63,149 nucleotides of DNA, filler included, from Octopus bimaculoides (GCF_001194135.2; 5 parts of 5 records of this genome joined end to end with filler, not necessarily neighbours in it); one strand, 5' to 3'; counted from the first letter of the whole stretch, positions 25,000-37,949 are shown. Notes: a model not told the origin generated them from the letters alone. Numbers and translations: made by a program.

Positions 25000-25900
25000 T
25001 CGTAACCCACACTGAGGAGGACCTATAGCTCGTTGTGGACTGCTTTTTCATCCACATGTAATAAGTTTGGGATTACAATCAGTCTTAAGAAAACTGTAGT
25101 CATTCTACGACCAGCACCAGGCAAGCCATATATCCCATTATAGATATAGGTTAAAGGTAAGAAGTTAGTCGTGGATAGGTTTGTCTACCTTGGTAGCACA
25201 CTATCTAGATTTAATACACTTAATCAGGAGGTTAGTCATAGATTTTCTTTAACCTGGAATAAGTTTGGAAAGCAAGAATTTGGTCGCAATCGGACATCAA
25301 AGCAATAACGGAAGTTGAAGTCTATCAAGCGGATAAGAGACCTGGGCAACCTAATGCTACCAAACTAAAAGTCTCGAGCGATTCCACTAGCGATGCTTGC
25401 GTAATAACCGGAAAATATCGATCTATGATTCTCAAATACTAGATTTGATGGTCTGGTCATCTTGTCCGTTTAGAAGACATCCGTATTTCAAAATAGGCAT
25501 TGTAAGATAAGCTGGAACAAGGAAATCGTCCACAGTACAAGCCATGCAAGTGTTTGAAAGACAATCTTGAAGACACTTTTAAACAAAATCCATGCCGATA
25601 CTAACTGTAAGGATCTTGCATCAGATAACGAGTGTGGCGGAATCTAATTGGTACCGGTGTTAAAAAATTCAAAAGCAACGAGGTTGCACACACAGAGTTC
25701 AAACGTTTTGACAAATGTATGAAGGATGCGAAACTTTTCCTTGAGAAGGGCTTGATACAGCCTCTGTCGTGTGACCAGTGTGACCGCGTCTGCTTCTCAA
25801 TAACAGGCCTACTCAGCCACAAGCATGCTCACAGGGGCAAGCCCGTCTACCACTGTGATGTTGCACCTTGTGTCGTAAACTGGGTGGGTCTGTGACACTT
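25000..25900 (+). mobile_element. Decayed RTE (BovB-like) LINE: RT C-terminus plus terminal C2H2-type finger
   Basis: KFGITISLKKTVVILRPAPGKPY, VDRFVYLGSTLS, WSGHLVRLEDIR and CDQCDRVCFSITGLLSHKHAH occur in order, with stops and frameshifts. Confidence 0.85.
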
Positions 25901-26107
25901 GGCATTGTAACTCCAACAGTTCAGATGATCGGGCTGTTGCAGGGGGCTGACTTGTAGTCGGTGAGGAATGATCTGTAGGGCCTTGGAAGGCCTTAGGGGA
26001 TATGTGAAACATCATCAGCGATAATGTGGGTGGGCAAACATGAGATACTTCTTAGAGTGACATGGGTCCAAGAAGTTGTCTACTTCGGTCACTATTTGAC
26101 TTCCACC

Positions 26108-26138
<31 letters not shown>

Positions 26139-26461
26139 TGTATGTATGTATGTATGCATGCATGCATGCATGTATGCATGCATGTATACATGTATGCATG
26201 TATGTATGTATGTATGTATGTATGTATGTATGTATAATTACATATATATATATATATATGTGGTGGGATGTAAGGGTATGCCTGTATGTGTGTATATATA
26301 TGGCGATAACCATTACCTCTCAATATAGTTACTGCTTTCATCTCTTATAGAAATTTTCTTAAGCAGCTAATTTGCATGTTGCAAGATCAGTGACTGTGGG
26401 TCACATTTCTTCTACACATTGTGTGCTGGAGTAAACAACTGCTATCTCTGTCAGACAAAGT

Positions 26462-26503
26462 ATCGAGGATGAACACAAAGAGTTCGAAACCGCACGGTCT
26501 GAT
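26462..26503 (+). ncRNA. Degenerate type I hammerhead-like motif
   Basis: atCGAGGA-t-GAAC-acaaaga-GTTC-GAAA-CCG-ca-CGG-TC-tgat. Stem II, GAAA, stem III and the GUC site are intact; CUGANGA and stem I are damaged. Confidence 0.5.
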
Positions 26504-26805
26504 GGTCTCCTGGCTGGAAAATGGGAGGGGTTCACACCTCTGCTTGCAATATATATATATATATATATACGCACATCGGGTTCAGATAGCATCGAATAAC
26601 CAGCTGAAGGAGGCGTATTCCTAGGGTTAAAAATAGCAGTAAAGTCGGCTCCTACCAAGCAGCCATGTTTAAGTGGCAATAAGAGTTACTTCTCAGTATA
26701 ATTATTGCTTTGATCTCTGATAGATATTTTCTCAACAAGCTAATTTGCTTCCCATATATATNNNNNNNNNNNNNNNNNNNNNNNNNNNNNNNNNNNNNNN
26801 NNNNN

Positions 26806-26817
26806 TTAATTAATTAA
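26806..26817. other. Artificial scaffold linker TTAATTAATTAA inside an N-run
   Basis: The identical 12-mer, with stops in all six frames and N on both sides, recurs at 41853, 56260 and 58985. Confidence 0.9.
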
Positions 26818-27439
26818 NNNNNNNNNNNNNNNNNNNNNNNNNNNNNNNNNNNNNNNNNNNNTGTGTGTGTGTATAGGGAGAGAGAGAGATACATACATAC
26901 ATTTATATATATATATGCATTATACTCCTAGTGAGAGAAATATACATGTATATATTGTATAAATGCATATGTACATACATATGTGTATATGCCATACATA
27001 TATATATATATATACATAGATATCCATACATACGTACACATAAGTGTGCGTGCGCTTGCGGTCACGGGTATGTGTGTGTGTATAAAATTCTCATTTAGAA
27101 TAGAATTTATATTTGCCTCGCTTGGCCCAAACTTTGTAAATAATAGAAAGATCTCGGAATATATTTTTATTAAAAATATCTTGGAACATCTTGGAATATC
27201 TTGGGGTATTTTCTATTAAAAGGAGAGAGAAAAAAACCATTGTAGAAAATTAAGCATCCAGAAAATAGATTTTCACATTCATACGGTTTTGGTTTTATTG
27301 AGAAATGAGTAACGAATATGCGTAAATATTGATTTCACTTTGAAAGAAATTAATCGAAGCTATTGCAGTTGAGAAGACTAGAACAACAGCAGCAAGGCAT
27401 TGTAAGAGAGGTTGGTACATATATATATATATATATATA

Positions 27440-28184
27440 NNNNNNNNNNNNNNNNNNNNNNNNNNNNNNNNNNNNNNNNNNNNNNNNNNNNNNNNNNNNN
27501 NNNNNNNNNNNNNNNNNNNNNNNNNNNNNNNNNNNNNNNNNNNNNNNNNNNNNNNNNNNNNNNNNNNNNNNNNNNNNNNNNNNNNNNNNNNNNNNNNNNN
27601 NNNNNNNNNNNNNNNNNNNNNNNNNNNNNNNNNNNNNNNNNNNNNNNNNNNNNNNNNNNNNNNNNNNNNNNNNNNNNNNNNNNNNNNNNNNNNNNNNNNN
27701 NNNNNNNNNNNNNNNNNNNNNNNNNNNNNNNNNNNNNNNNNNNNNNNNNNNNNNNNNNNNNNNNNNNNNNNNNNNNNNNNNNNNNNNNNNNNNNNNNNNN
27801 NNNNNNNNNNNNNNNNNNNNNNNNNNNNNNNNNNNNNNNNNNNNNNNNNNNNNNNNNNNNNNNNNNNNNNNNNNNNNNNNNNNNNNNNNNNNNNNNNNNN
27901 NNNNNNNNNNNNNNNNNNNNNNNNNNNNNNNNNNNNNNNNNNNNNNNNNNNNNNNNNNNNNNNNNNNNNNNNNNNNNNNNNNNNNNNNNNNNNNNNNNNN
28001 NNNNNNNNNNNNNNNNNNNNNNNNNNNNNNNNNNNNNNNNNNNNNNNNNNNNNNNNNNNNNNNNNNNNNNNNNNNNNNNNNNNNNNNNNNNNNNNNNNNN
28101 NNNNNNNNNNNNNNNNNNNNNNNNNNNNNNNNNNNNNNNNNNNNNNNNNNNNNNNNNNNNNNNNNNNNNNNNNNNNNNNNNNNN
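27440..28184. other. Assembly gap
   Basis: Run of N. Confidence 1.
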
Positions 28185-28323
28185 TATATGTATGTATATA
28201 TGTATATATATCTGTATATATATATATGTATATATGTATGTATGTATGTATGTATATATATATGTGTGTGTGTGTGTGTGTATAACGTATATGTATGTCT
28301 ATGTAAATATATATATATAGTTG

Positions 28324-28445
28324 CAGGCATGGCTGTGTGGCAAGAACCTTGCTTCCCAACCACATGGTTCTGGGTTCAGTGCAACTTCTACCTTAGCCTC
28401 GTGAGTGCATTTGGTAGATGGAAGCTAAAAGAAGCCTGTCGTGTG
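28324..28445 (+). mobile_element. SINE family B, internally deleted 5' part
   Basis: caggcatggctgtgtggcaagaaccttgcttcccaaccacatggttctgggttcagt..gatttggtagatggaagctaaaagaagcctgtcg. Confidence 0.8.
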
Positions 28446-28447
28446 GA

Positions 28448-28491
<44 letters not shown>

Positions 28492-29126
28492 TTTATCCCC
28501 GGCTAAGAACCACTTGTCTAGGAGAAACAAATTGCAGTGAGAGATAGATTTATAGTCCATAGATTCGGGTTAATTTCATATTTATCACTTTTTATCCGTA
28601 TAGAACACCTGCTGCAGTTCAACCTCACTCGAAATCAGAAATCTGCCACCGATGAAGATATTTGCTTGTCTATTACTAGAATGATATATCAAAAGGATAA
28701 CGCTTCAATTAACATTATTTGTGTGTGGGGAATCCTTAATTTGATTAAGCACACATAAAGACGTGGGCTGTCTTACTCGCGCTCATACATACACCACACA
28801 TGTAGATACACACGTACACACTCATAGAAAGGCTAAGTTAGAAATTTGGTTTGATTTGTATTAATGTTTAAAGTGGATTTAAATTCGTATAACTGGGAGA
28901 TGAAAATTTAATCATCAAATCAGAAACTAGGAGGAACAGTACAGCACTTAATATTTGAAGAAAAACAAGGGGTTAGTATAAAAGTAATTCATTTTCATAT
29001 TTGAATTAGGAGCAGCAATATGATTTCTTTTTTTTTTAATATTCCATTGAGGATAATATCTGAGATGTAGGTGCATCGGCTTGGACGAAAATCATATATA
29101 CGATTATGATATGAAAAGAAGATAGG

Positions 29127-29325
29127 ATATTTATCTTTTATCTTTTACTTGTTGCAGTCATTTGACTGCGGCCATGCTGGCGTACCGCCTTAAATGTTTT
29201 TTTTTAGTTGAAGAAATCGACGCCAATACATAAACTTTAAGACTGATACTTATTCTATCGGGTCTCTTTTTGCAGAACCGCTAGGTTACGGAGACGTAAA
29301 CACACCGACACCGGTTGTCAAGCGG
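29127..29325 (-). mobile_element. SINE family B, 3' part
   Basis: cttttacttgttgcagtcatttgactgcggccatgctgg..gaaccgctaggttacggagacgtaaacacaccgacaccggttgtcaagcg is the reverse complement of 56810-56980. Confidence 0.85.
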
Positions 29326-29769
29326 TATATATTGTTGGGACGCACTAATTCCGGAAATATCTCTGCAGAAAATGGTTGCGCCAAAACGAAGACAATTGAA
29401 TTTTACCATTAAGTTGTAATTAGCAGAACCATATACGCGTTCGCCTCTAGGGGTGAACAACTTGTATAAGATTCTGAGAATTATGATTTCCTTACAGTTC
29501 GTGCTGACGAGAAACAGATATTTTCGGTAAGAGAATATTAATTTCGAAACCGGTCCACGAATAACAATGTTTTATTTATGAAATTTTCACTGTCTTGCCC
29601 GTATACGGTTTGGTATTTCGCTGAATTTCATTTGAGAACTATTAGGTCTTAGTAGACACATTACATGTGATCTTCTTCTAGCACATTAACTGTCCACTTA
29701 GTGGNNNNNNNNNNNNNNNNNNNNNNNNNNNNNNNNNNNNNNNNACACACACATATATATGTAACCTCG

Positions 29770-29955
29770 TGGGCATCGGTACCATTTTCCTCTTTCTCCG
29801 TTCTTCCATTCTCCGAACTTTCCATCTTTCCGACGAAGGGCTACGCCCGAAACGTCATACACTCTCTCTTTCCTTTCCTGAGCGTCCAATAATACTATCC
29901 ATATCACGTCCTCACTTTGTTGTTTTTTTGTTTTTTTGTTATTGTTTTTTTTAAC

Positions 29956-29960
<5 letters not shown>
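29770..29960 (+). mobile_element. Penelope-like terminal-repeat remnant with minimal hammerhead-like motif
   Basis: cttt-CCGACGA-A-GGGC-tac-GCCC-GAAA-CG-TC at 29826-29856, followed by ctgagcgtccaataatac and a T-rich stretch into (TA)n. Same layout as the reverse complement of 59190-59320. Confidence 0.55.
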
Positions 29961-30007
<47 letters not shown>

Positions 30008-30653
30008 GAGAGAGAGACAGAGAGATAGATAGATAGATAGATAGATAGATACATACATACATACATACATACATACATACTTATGTACACACAAATCTAT
30101 GCGCACATATTCATAGATACAGTTATGTATAGGTACACACACACAAACACACAAACACACACACACACACACGCATATAAGTACTGTGATTACTAATGCA
30201 AGGTTTGTTTACCAACGATATATGACATCACTCCTGATAAAGTTAGGTATAAACTGGCGATAAATTTTCAATTACGAACTAATTTAGTCAGTGCTACCTA
30301 GAATGGTACCTGTTAATCAAATTAGATTAAATTCAGATATTTTAATCTAAATCCATTTAATTTACATTAATCGGCATCGAACGTAGTAAATAAAAATAAC
30401 CTTTCGGTTCATCTTTACCACTACAAATTACACCGCATCAAATGTATCAATTATTCCTCTGATACATGTTCGGATTTGCAGGATACCCGACATCAGTGAA
30501 CTACTCATGCTGCCCTCTATTGGACACTGATTCTTGATTGGTTAAATTACCTGGAATATTAAGACGTACTTCGCTGCTGATTTGCTTCGACCTGATTTAA
30601 CTGATCTCCTCTCTACATACATACATACATACATACATACATACATACATACA

Positions 30654-31036
30654 TGTTGTTGGCACTCCGTCGCTTACGACGTGGAGGGTTCCAGTTGATC
30701 CGATCAGTGGAACAGCCTGCTCGTGAAATTAACGTGCAAGTGGCTGAGCACTCCACAGACACGTGTACCCTTAACGTAGTTCTCGGGGATATTCAGCGTG
30801 ACACAGTGTGACAAGGCTGACCCTTTGAATTACAGGCACAGCAGAAACAGGAAGAAAGAGTGAGAGAAAGTTGTGGTGGAAGAGTACAGCAGGGTTCGCC
30901 ACCATCCCCTGCAGGAGCCTCGTGGAGCTTCAAGTGTTTTCGCTCAATAAACACTCACAACGCCCGGTCTGGGAATCGAAACCGCGATCTTATGACCGCG
31001 AGTCCGCTGCTCTAACCACCGGACCATTGCGCCTCC
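30654..31036 (-). mobile_element. SINE family C, full length, embedded in (TACA)n
   Basis: Reverse complement of 23761-24143. Confidence 0.9.
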
Positions 31037-31053
31037 ACACATACATACATACA

Positions 31054-31087
<34 letters not shown>

Positions 31088-31110
31088 CATACATACATAC
31101 ATACATACAT

Positions 31111-31588
31111 TCGGTGCGGGATAGAGAAGAGAAATTGCGTAAAGTTGTGGAAATCAGAGGCCCGGCGGATGTCAACCTAAAGCTAAAGATCAACGAGAAA
31201 GAAAACACCTACGCTGAACTATTAAGAAATTTGCAGTTACTCTATCGAGATTACAAGTTCAGATTTATACCTATAATTATTGGAGCAGTGGGATATGCAA
31301 CACACTACCTAAACACCAACCTTGAGAAATTAAGCTTCTCAAAATCCGAAAGGAGAAAGCTGATTCGAAGAATGCAGATGCATTCATCACTGGAACTGTA
31401 AAAATCTGTAAAAATTCCAAGAAGTTTATCATTTAAGTATATATGAGCACGTTAGATATGCAAGTATATGCATGAGAAAACAGACGTAAAACAAAGCATA
31501 CAGATCTGCATACATGCATGCATACATACATACTTTGTTGATGTTGAAATTCCAATGAAAGAGCCTTCGATTTAGTTTAGAAACCGGT

Positions 31589-31590
<2 letters not shown>
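31111..31590 (+). mobile_element. R4/Dong-clade LINE 3' fragment (REL endonuclease C-terminus plus 3' UTR)
   Basis: DREEKLRKVVEIRGPADVNLKLKINEKENTYAELLRNLQLLYRDYKFRFIPIIIGAVGY shows the E..P.D..EK..KY..PIIIGAxG REL pattern. Confidence 0.9.
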
Positions 31591-31634
<44 letters not shown>

Positions 31635-31644
31635 AAGCTCTCCC

Positions 31645-31709
<65 letters not shown>

Positions 31710-32082
31710 GCAGCGATCGGCGGATTAATTGAAAACAGAGGCACAGAGAAATACAGAAATGTGATTGGTTTTCTTGTAAGAATTACAAAAATACAGAGGA
31801 AGAATTTGTGAAGGTGATGACAATACGCTGGCCTAAAAAAATACGGATTATAAATATGCATCGAATATATGAACTGAAATTCATTGTGCAGAAAATTGGA
31901 TTCTGAGAAGCGGCTAAGTTTTCTATTTAATTTAGGTGTTGCTTTCTTGTGAGAAGAGGACGGTGGCGCGGTTTCGATAGATATTGAATTTTTTTTATTT
32001 TTCTTATACAGAAATATCCAACACACACAGGATACCAAGACACCGATTTACAGACGTGTGTTGTCCAAAGCTGTGTATTGCC

Positions 32083-32122
<40 letters not shown>

Positions 32123-32282
32123 ATGGATATATAGCATCGGTAAATACATGCATACCTGCACTCAAATATACATATCCGATCACAAATTTGTGTCGTCAAA
32201 TACCGTAAAACCGGAAATTACGCTATATGTATGCACATACGTAAATATATATTCATGTATGCGTGAGTATGTATATAGATAC

Positions 32283-32316
<34 letters not shown>

Positions 32317-32540
32317 TCTTTTTTACTCTTTCACTTGTTTCAGTCATTTGACCGCTGCTATACACGTAAATACATACTTTTATATATCTACATATACGTA
32401 AAGACACGCATAAACACACGTATACATTTTGTGTATTTCCAGTGTTCGTGGTGGCTCTTAACCGTTGGGTTAAATACGACTATGGAGCTGTTGGAACCAC
32501 GGAAAGTTTTCGGGGGCAGTGGAAATATGATGGAACGCGC

Positions 32541-32616
<76 letters not shown>

Positions 32617-32617
<1 letters not shown>

Positions 32618-33060
32618 CAGGCAGTGGCTCTCATGGCTTCTGATCTTAATTGATTGGAAGTGTTATCATGTACATTGTTTTGTCTTGGTATAAAAAGATG
32701 GGCTAAAGTAAATATTATGCTTAAATCCACAGATTTGCTTGTCAACTGTTTGACCTTAACCAGTTGAGCATGTCCCTTGGTGGCTGACGATATGTGCATC
32801 TCTGATCTTGAGCAGAAGTAGTGGTGGTGGTTGGGGGGGGTAGCATCATAGCCATGTGTTGAGAAGAATTCTTTGTGGTTTGAATAATTCATCTCTGCAA
32901 GCATGGGTGTTTCGTTCATGATCTTTAAGCAACCGTTATCCAGGGGCCTTTTGAGTAGGATGGACTACTTGACTTGACGAAATTTCTGACTTGACCCCTA
33001 CCTGCAAGGTCATGCGCTGTTTATCATGATATGATGTCACCATACCGCGCACATATGGCT
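32617..33060 (+). mobile_element. Non-coding interspersed element following (TAA)n (family E)
   Basis: ccaggcagtggctctcatggcttctgatcttaa..gcatgtcccttggtggctgacgatatgtgcatctctgatc..ctgcaaggtcatgcgctgttt; homologous to 57421-57814. Confidence 0.8.
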
Positions 33061-34677
33061 GCGGACACACAGAGTAGAAAATGCTGTAACAGCCAAGGAG
33101 ATTTGAGAAGAGGATCTTCACCGATTACATCGATCCCAAGAATTTGTTTGGTATTTCAGTTTATCAACTCCAGAGGGATAAAAGACATGGTTGACACCGC
33201 AAGTATTCTGAAAGCGTAAAGATCCAGAACGAATCCTGTAAAGAAACGGGTGGTCCCCACTAAATTTTTAGTTCCTTTGCGAAATACTTTAGAAGACTAT
33301 TGCTGCCCCTTGCGTTGGGGTTTCCCACGTCACGGGGGGAATTATCCCCCATTATTTTGTATGTCGCTAAGTTCGACCTTATTATTTTCAAATTTTGTAG
33401 CCCCTTGAAAACGCTAAACCTGAAGACTTCTCTCACCCAAACCAGTTCCATTGTTTACTTTATGTGTGACAAAAGACATCAGTTCTTCCCCCCCCCCCTC
33501 ATTTGTTTCTTATCAGCACAAACTTTAAAGTGGTTGTATTTTGATGATATTTTGATAATTTAATGCTACTTATGCGTTTCTGTTCTTTTTGTTGCGATGG
33601 GTGTTAGCTGGTGTTGTTGTTATTGTTTGTTGTAGTAGATTGATCTGTTTGGCTTTTAGTCAAAAATGCCACGCAGTAGAATCGAACCAGTGATATCGTA
33701 AGTGCAAAACAAAATTCTTAACCGTTCGGCCAAGCAGCCAACGTAAGCTAACAAGGACAGAACTTGGATACAAATTCTGACCCCGACAAATATATCTGAT
33801 TCTCTGACCATCTACTCAATTATTGTAAGATACCTTAGGACAAAGACAGAACGCGTGCACACGCACACACATCTTGAATGATTGGTTCTTGTAAGAAATC
33901 CTAAAGAAGAAGCGTCTACGTTATCACTTTATTTGCTAGAAATAACAGCGGAAACTTCCTCATACCACAAACTACCATAGACACATTGGATAATGTATTC
34001 CAAGTAGACAATGCTTCGAAGTAAAGAGATGATGTGGGGTTACCGTTAGAATATCATCGATCACAGATCTGCTTAATCAAAGTAAATATATTGATTAAGA
34101 ACAATGGCACATTGGTAAGTATGATCCTGGATTCTCTATTTCTGGAATAAATACATGATGGTGATGGTGATGGTTGGAATGTCTTTGATGATAGCTCTGT
34201 TCGTCGGAGATGACCTAGGGTCAAACAACATCAATACCAACAAGGACACAATAGGTAGTGTGAGTCTAGTTGAACTGTGTTCGAACATAAAAGACAGTGT
34301 GGTCATTCCTGGAATGTCTTTCATAAGATCAAAGTATTGATCAAGGGCTAAACACAGCAGCAGCAACACCACCATCACCACCACCAAGACCACCACCATC
34401 ACCACCACCATCACCACCACCACCACCACTAACAACAACAACAACAGCACCACCAACAGCTATATCCAAGGAAATTGCTGGCCTTGTGCCAAAACTTGAA
34501 ACCGGTATTATTCTTAGTAATTTTTGCTCGGGTTTTTGTTTCAGTATGTATGAGCTTCTTTTATATCACTCAATCTATTCCGTTGTCTATCTGTCTTTCT
34601 CTGTCTGTCCGTCTATGTATCTAACTGAATCTCTCTCTCTCTCTCTCCCTCCCCCCTCTCTCTCTCTCTCCCTCCCC

Positions 34678-34709
<32 letters not shown>

Positions 34710-35000
34710 TTCTTCAACTTGCCATTCTACCATAATCAAAAGTATTTATTCAGTCATTAACTACATGACAAGATGGAGACTTAGCAGTCGTAAGGTGAGG
34801 ATAAAATTTCTTGCAGTTTCTTCTAACTTTCTGAGTTCACTCTTGTCAAAGCTACCTTCGCCTTTTTTACTCTTTCGATATCAATAAATTAAATACCAAA
34901 AATTACTGGTGATGGTGGTGTGAGTTCAATTCTCTCCCCAGTCTGTCTCTCATTATCGTTTACATTGTATCGGGAGAACGATCGTGCAAATCTTTCACAG

Positions 35001-35069
35001 CGTTCCTTCCTCCACGAATAGAGAAGGCTCGGTTCGGCGACGGACTAATCACTTTCTTTGGAGAAACTG
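35001..35069 (+). CDS. Candidate 69-nt internal exon, unknown product
   Basis: tctttcacag|CGTTCC...AAACTG|gtaatg. Two frames are open (VPSSTNREGSVRRRTNHFLWRN or FLPPRIEKARFGDGLITFFGET); locally GC-rich. Confidence 0.22.
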
Positions 35070-35809
35070 GTAATGAGACTCGAATCACCCTGTATTATAT
35101 AATAACAACGTGGTCATGCCTACAACATAAGGGACACCATTTGATCAGCAAAATTTCGGAAGGACACGAAGCTGAAACCAGAATTTTGCAAATATTTGGT
35201 TGCTATTCCGAGCAGGTCTGGCGACAACATGAAATTTCTCTCCCTGGCTCGTTAAATTTCCATCATTATAAAGTTGGGTACATTACTAACAGTTGAGTTC
35301 AGTTAGTTACAGCCAGAAGCATCTTTAATTGTAGCAATTAACTAAATTATAATCTAGCAATTAATCTAATTCAATCAGCTAAATTAGAGAACTTATTTCC
35401 GTATCACTGACAGTTTTACTTCCAGTTGGCTTTCAATTTACATTATTTACATTGATCTTTAAGTTCTACCAGTATTTAGGAATGTTGAAGTTCTTTCTGA
35501 ATAACATTAGACTTGTTTGTTCCGCATTGTAAAAAGAAATTGGACCTAAATTTCATCAAATAATATAATGGTGAGTTATTTTTGTTTCTTCACTAGCAAT
35601 ATAAACAAGAATGCATTTTGTACCAAAAGCCAATATGAGAGGTTCTCTCGAGGAATCTATCACAGTATACTTTGTTCTTATGGAACATCCACGTTTAAGA
35701 GGGGGTAAATGTTACTGAAGAGTTGTTACTGATGTTGTTGTATAGCTCTCGGGCCGTCTAGCTCCAGCATTGCAACTGACCTTTTACAAATATGTAAAAC
35801 TATATGAAG

Positions 35810-35960
35810 GCAACGAATTTGGCTGAATTGCTAAAGTACCTTGCGGTACGTCTCTGGCTATCAACATTCTGAGATTTTATCCCGTTCAGGTCAAATTTGC
35901 CTTTCCTCCATCTGGGAAAGAAAAGAAGTCCCAGTTCAATACTAGGGCTTATTCATCATC
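35810..35960 (+). mobile_element. SINE family A, degenerate
   Basis: aaggcaacgaatttggctgaattgc..acattctgagattttatcccgttcaggtcaaatttgcctttcctcc. Confidence 0.6.
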
Positions 35961-35963
35961 TCT

Positions 35964-36033
<70 letters not shown>

Positions 36034-36226
36034 CACTGCTCCTCATTCTCGTTTTCTCCACCCTCCTATAGTTCAGTCGGTTCTCCTTCTTATATAGTGT
36101 CCAGTTGCCGAGAAATGGAGAAGGGTTCAGTGAGAGATTAGCATCTTTCTCTCAAAAGTAAAATCACTAAGTTGCTGGAACCAATCTAGGAAAGAGCAAT
36201 GTGCAATATAGCACAGAATGAAGAAG

Positions 36227-36303
36227 AAGAAGAAGAAGAAGAAGAAGAAGAAGAAGAAGAAGAAGAAGAAGAAGAAGAAGAAGAAGAAGAAGAAGAAGAA
36301 GAA
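36227..36303. repeat. (GAA)n microsatellite
   Basis: Direct inspection. Confidence 0.97.
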
Positions 36304-36468
36304 GGGAAAGATGATGGTGATGATGATGATAATTAACCAGTGTGTTCTTTCCTCGTTTAAGATGAGAGGTTGTGATTTCTAGCAGGTTGACTGGCCGTAT
36401 AACAAATCTTTCGTTTCCTGTGCTTACTTGGGACCAACTCAAGATTGGACCTTCATGTTGACAATTTG

Positions 36469-36515
<47 letters not shown>

Positions 36516-37949
36516 TGTGTGTACGTGCGTGCGGGTATCTAGTTTGGCAAGAGTTTGTGGCAGGAGTTATTATTTGTCTTGTTATCCCTCACAGGAAACT
36601 TTCAAAGAACTGTCAAGTTCAAAAGTGTTATAAAAAGAAAAGAAACTCACCAATTTTCCAATGATGCCGCTCCTAATGGATAGCTTTGAACTGTTCTACC
36701 TCATACGAACTCACAGACTTAAATGCCATAATCCATTGTCAAATTCCTTATTAGAGATCACGACTGACGTAACTGTAGAGCTTTCAGATATTATCTCCAC
36801 CCTATTGCCTCAGCAATCCACGCCCTTCCTAACACAAACACACACATAGGAAGTCACAGACAGAAAATTAATCGAACTCTCTCAAAAGTAAAATCACTAA
36901 GTTCCCCGGACACATATCTTATTTTAGTGCCCGCACGAGCATAAGATTATACGCCCCAAATTCACCGCCTTCACTGGACGTTCAAAAGGCTAATTACTGG
37001 AAGTCGTTGATTTTATACGCGCGATAAATGTCCACATAGGACTTATGTTCTGTAATTTCTGAAGGCTGGGCTCTTTTACTATAATATGTGTCTGCTAAAT
37101 AAATAAAGGCGTTTCGGTTGGTGATAATATATTCTGGCGCTTGTTTGTGGCATGGTAGCGTGTATGGAATCAGTAATTTCGCTAGCTAGCATTTCTATCG
37201 AACGCTGAAGACGGTGACGTACGAACAGGTCCATGGTTTTATGAGTTTCTGGCCAAACAGAAACACCAATCATGTCCGCCTGCGAAGCTAATGGAATGTA
37301 TATATTTATTTTAATATGTATATCTTGTACATCTACGTGTGACTCACATGCAAATATGCACGCATGCACTCGCACTCGCACATACACACACACACACGCG
37401 CACTCACTCGCGCGCGCGCACTCTGAGTGTATTAAATCGATCGTTAGTTTTAGTCGTCTGATGATTGCAGTGACGTAAAAACTCGCCTTGCGAGAAGGGA
37501 ATTCACTATACATACATAAGCACACACACACACACATAAATATATATATATATGTGTATGTATGTTTATGTAATCACATACGCATGTGTTTATACGTGTG
37601 TCTATTGATGGTTAAGAGAGGTTATTGTATATCTATATTCATGTTTCACACTTCACCGAATGACGGTCATACACTTGAGGATGTCCGATGAATGCTAAGT
37701 TTATATTACAGCATGCAAATATGTCATCTACATTGAGCAGGAATAATTACACAAACGAATTATTGAATTTAGGTATTAAACAGTTAAAAGAAACAGATGG
37801 ATGAATCGATAAATAAATAGCTACGCAAGAGTTGTTTAAACCCAGATTAGCCCTCCCCGAGTAGACCATTGGAGCTGTGACCATCTTGAACTATATTCTC
37901 CTACGAGCCCTACTTTTGTTTTTAACGTTGTAGGGTGTAGTTTAAGAAA

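Noticed and set aside
25770-25835. C2H2 zinc finger suggesting a host ZNF gene
   Set aside because: A single finger directly downstream of decayed RTE RT motifs; it is the LINE's own C-terminus.
29498-29526. 29-nt micro-exon candidate (ttccttacag|..|gtaaga)
   Set aside because: It introduces a stop in the phase-2 chain; such motif pairs are expected by chance.
34913-35294. 127-codon stop-free frame without a start codon
   Set aside because: One or two such frames are expected by chance in a window this size, and no homology was recognised. Only the internal exon candidate is kept, at low confidence.
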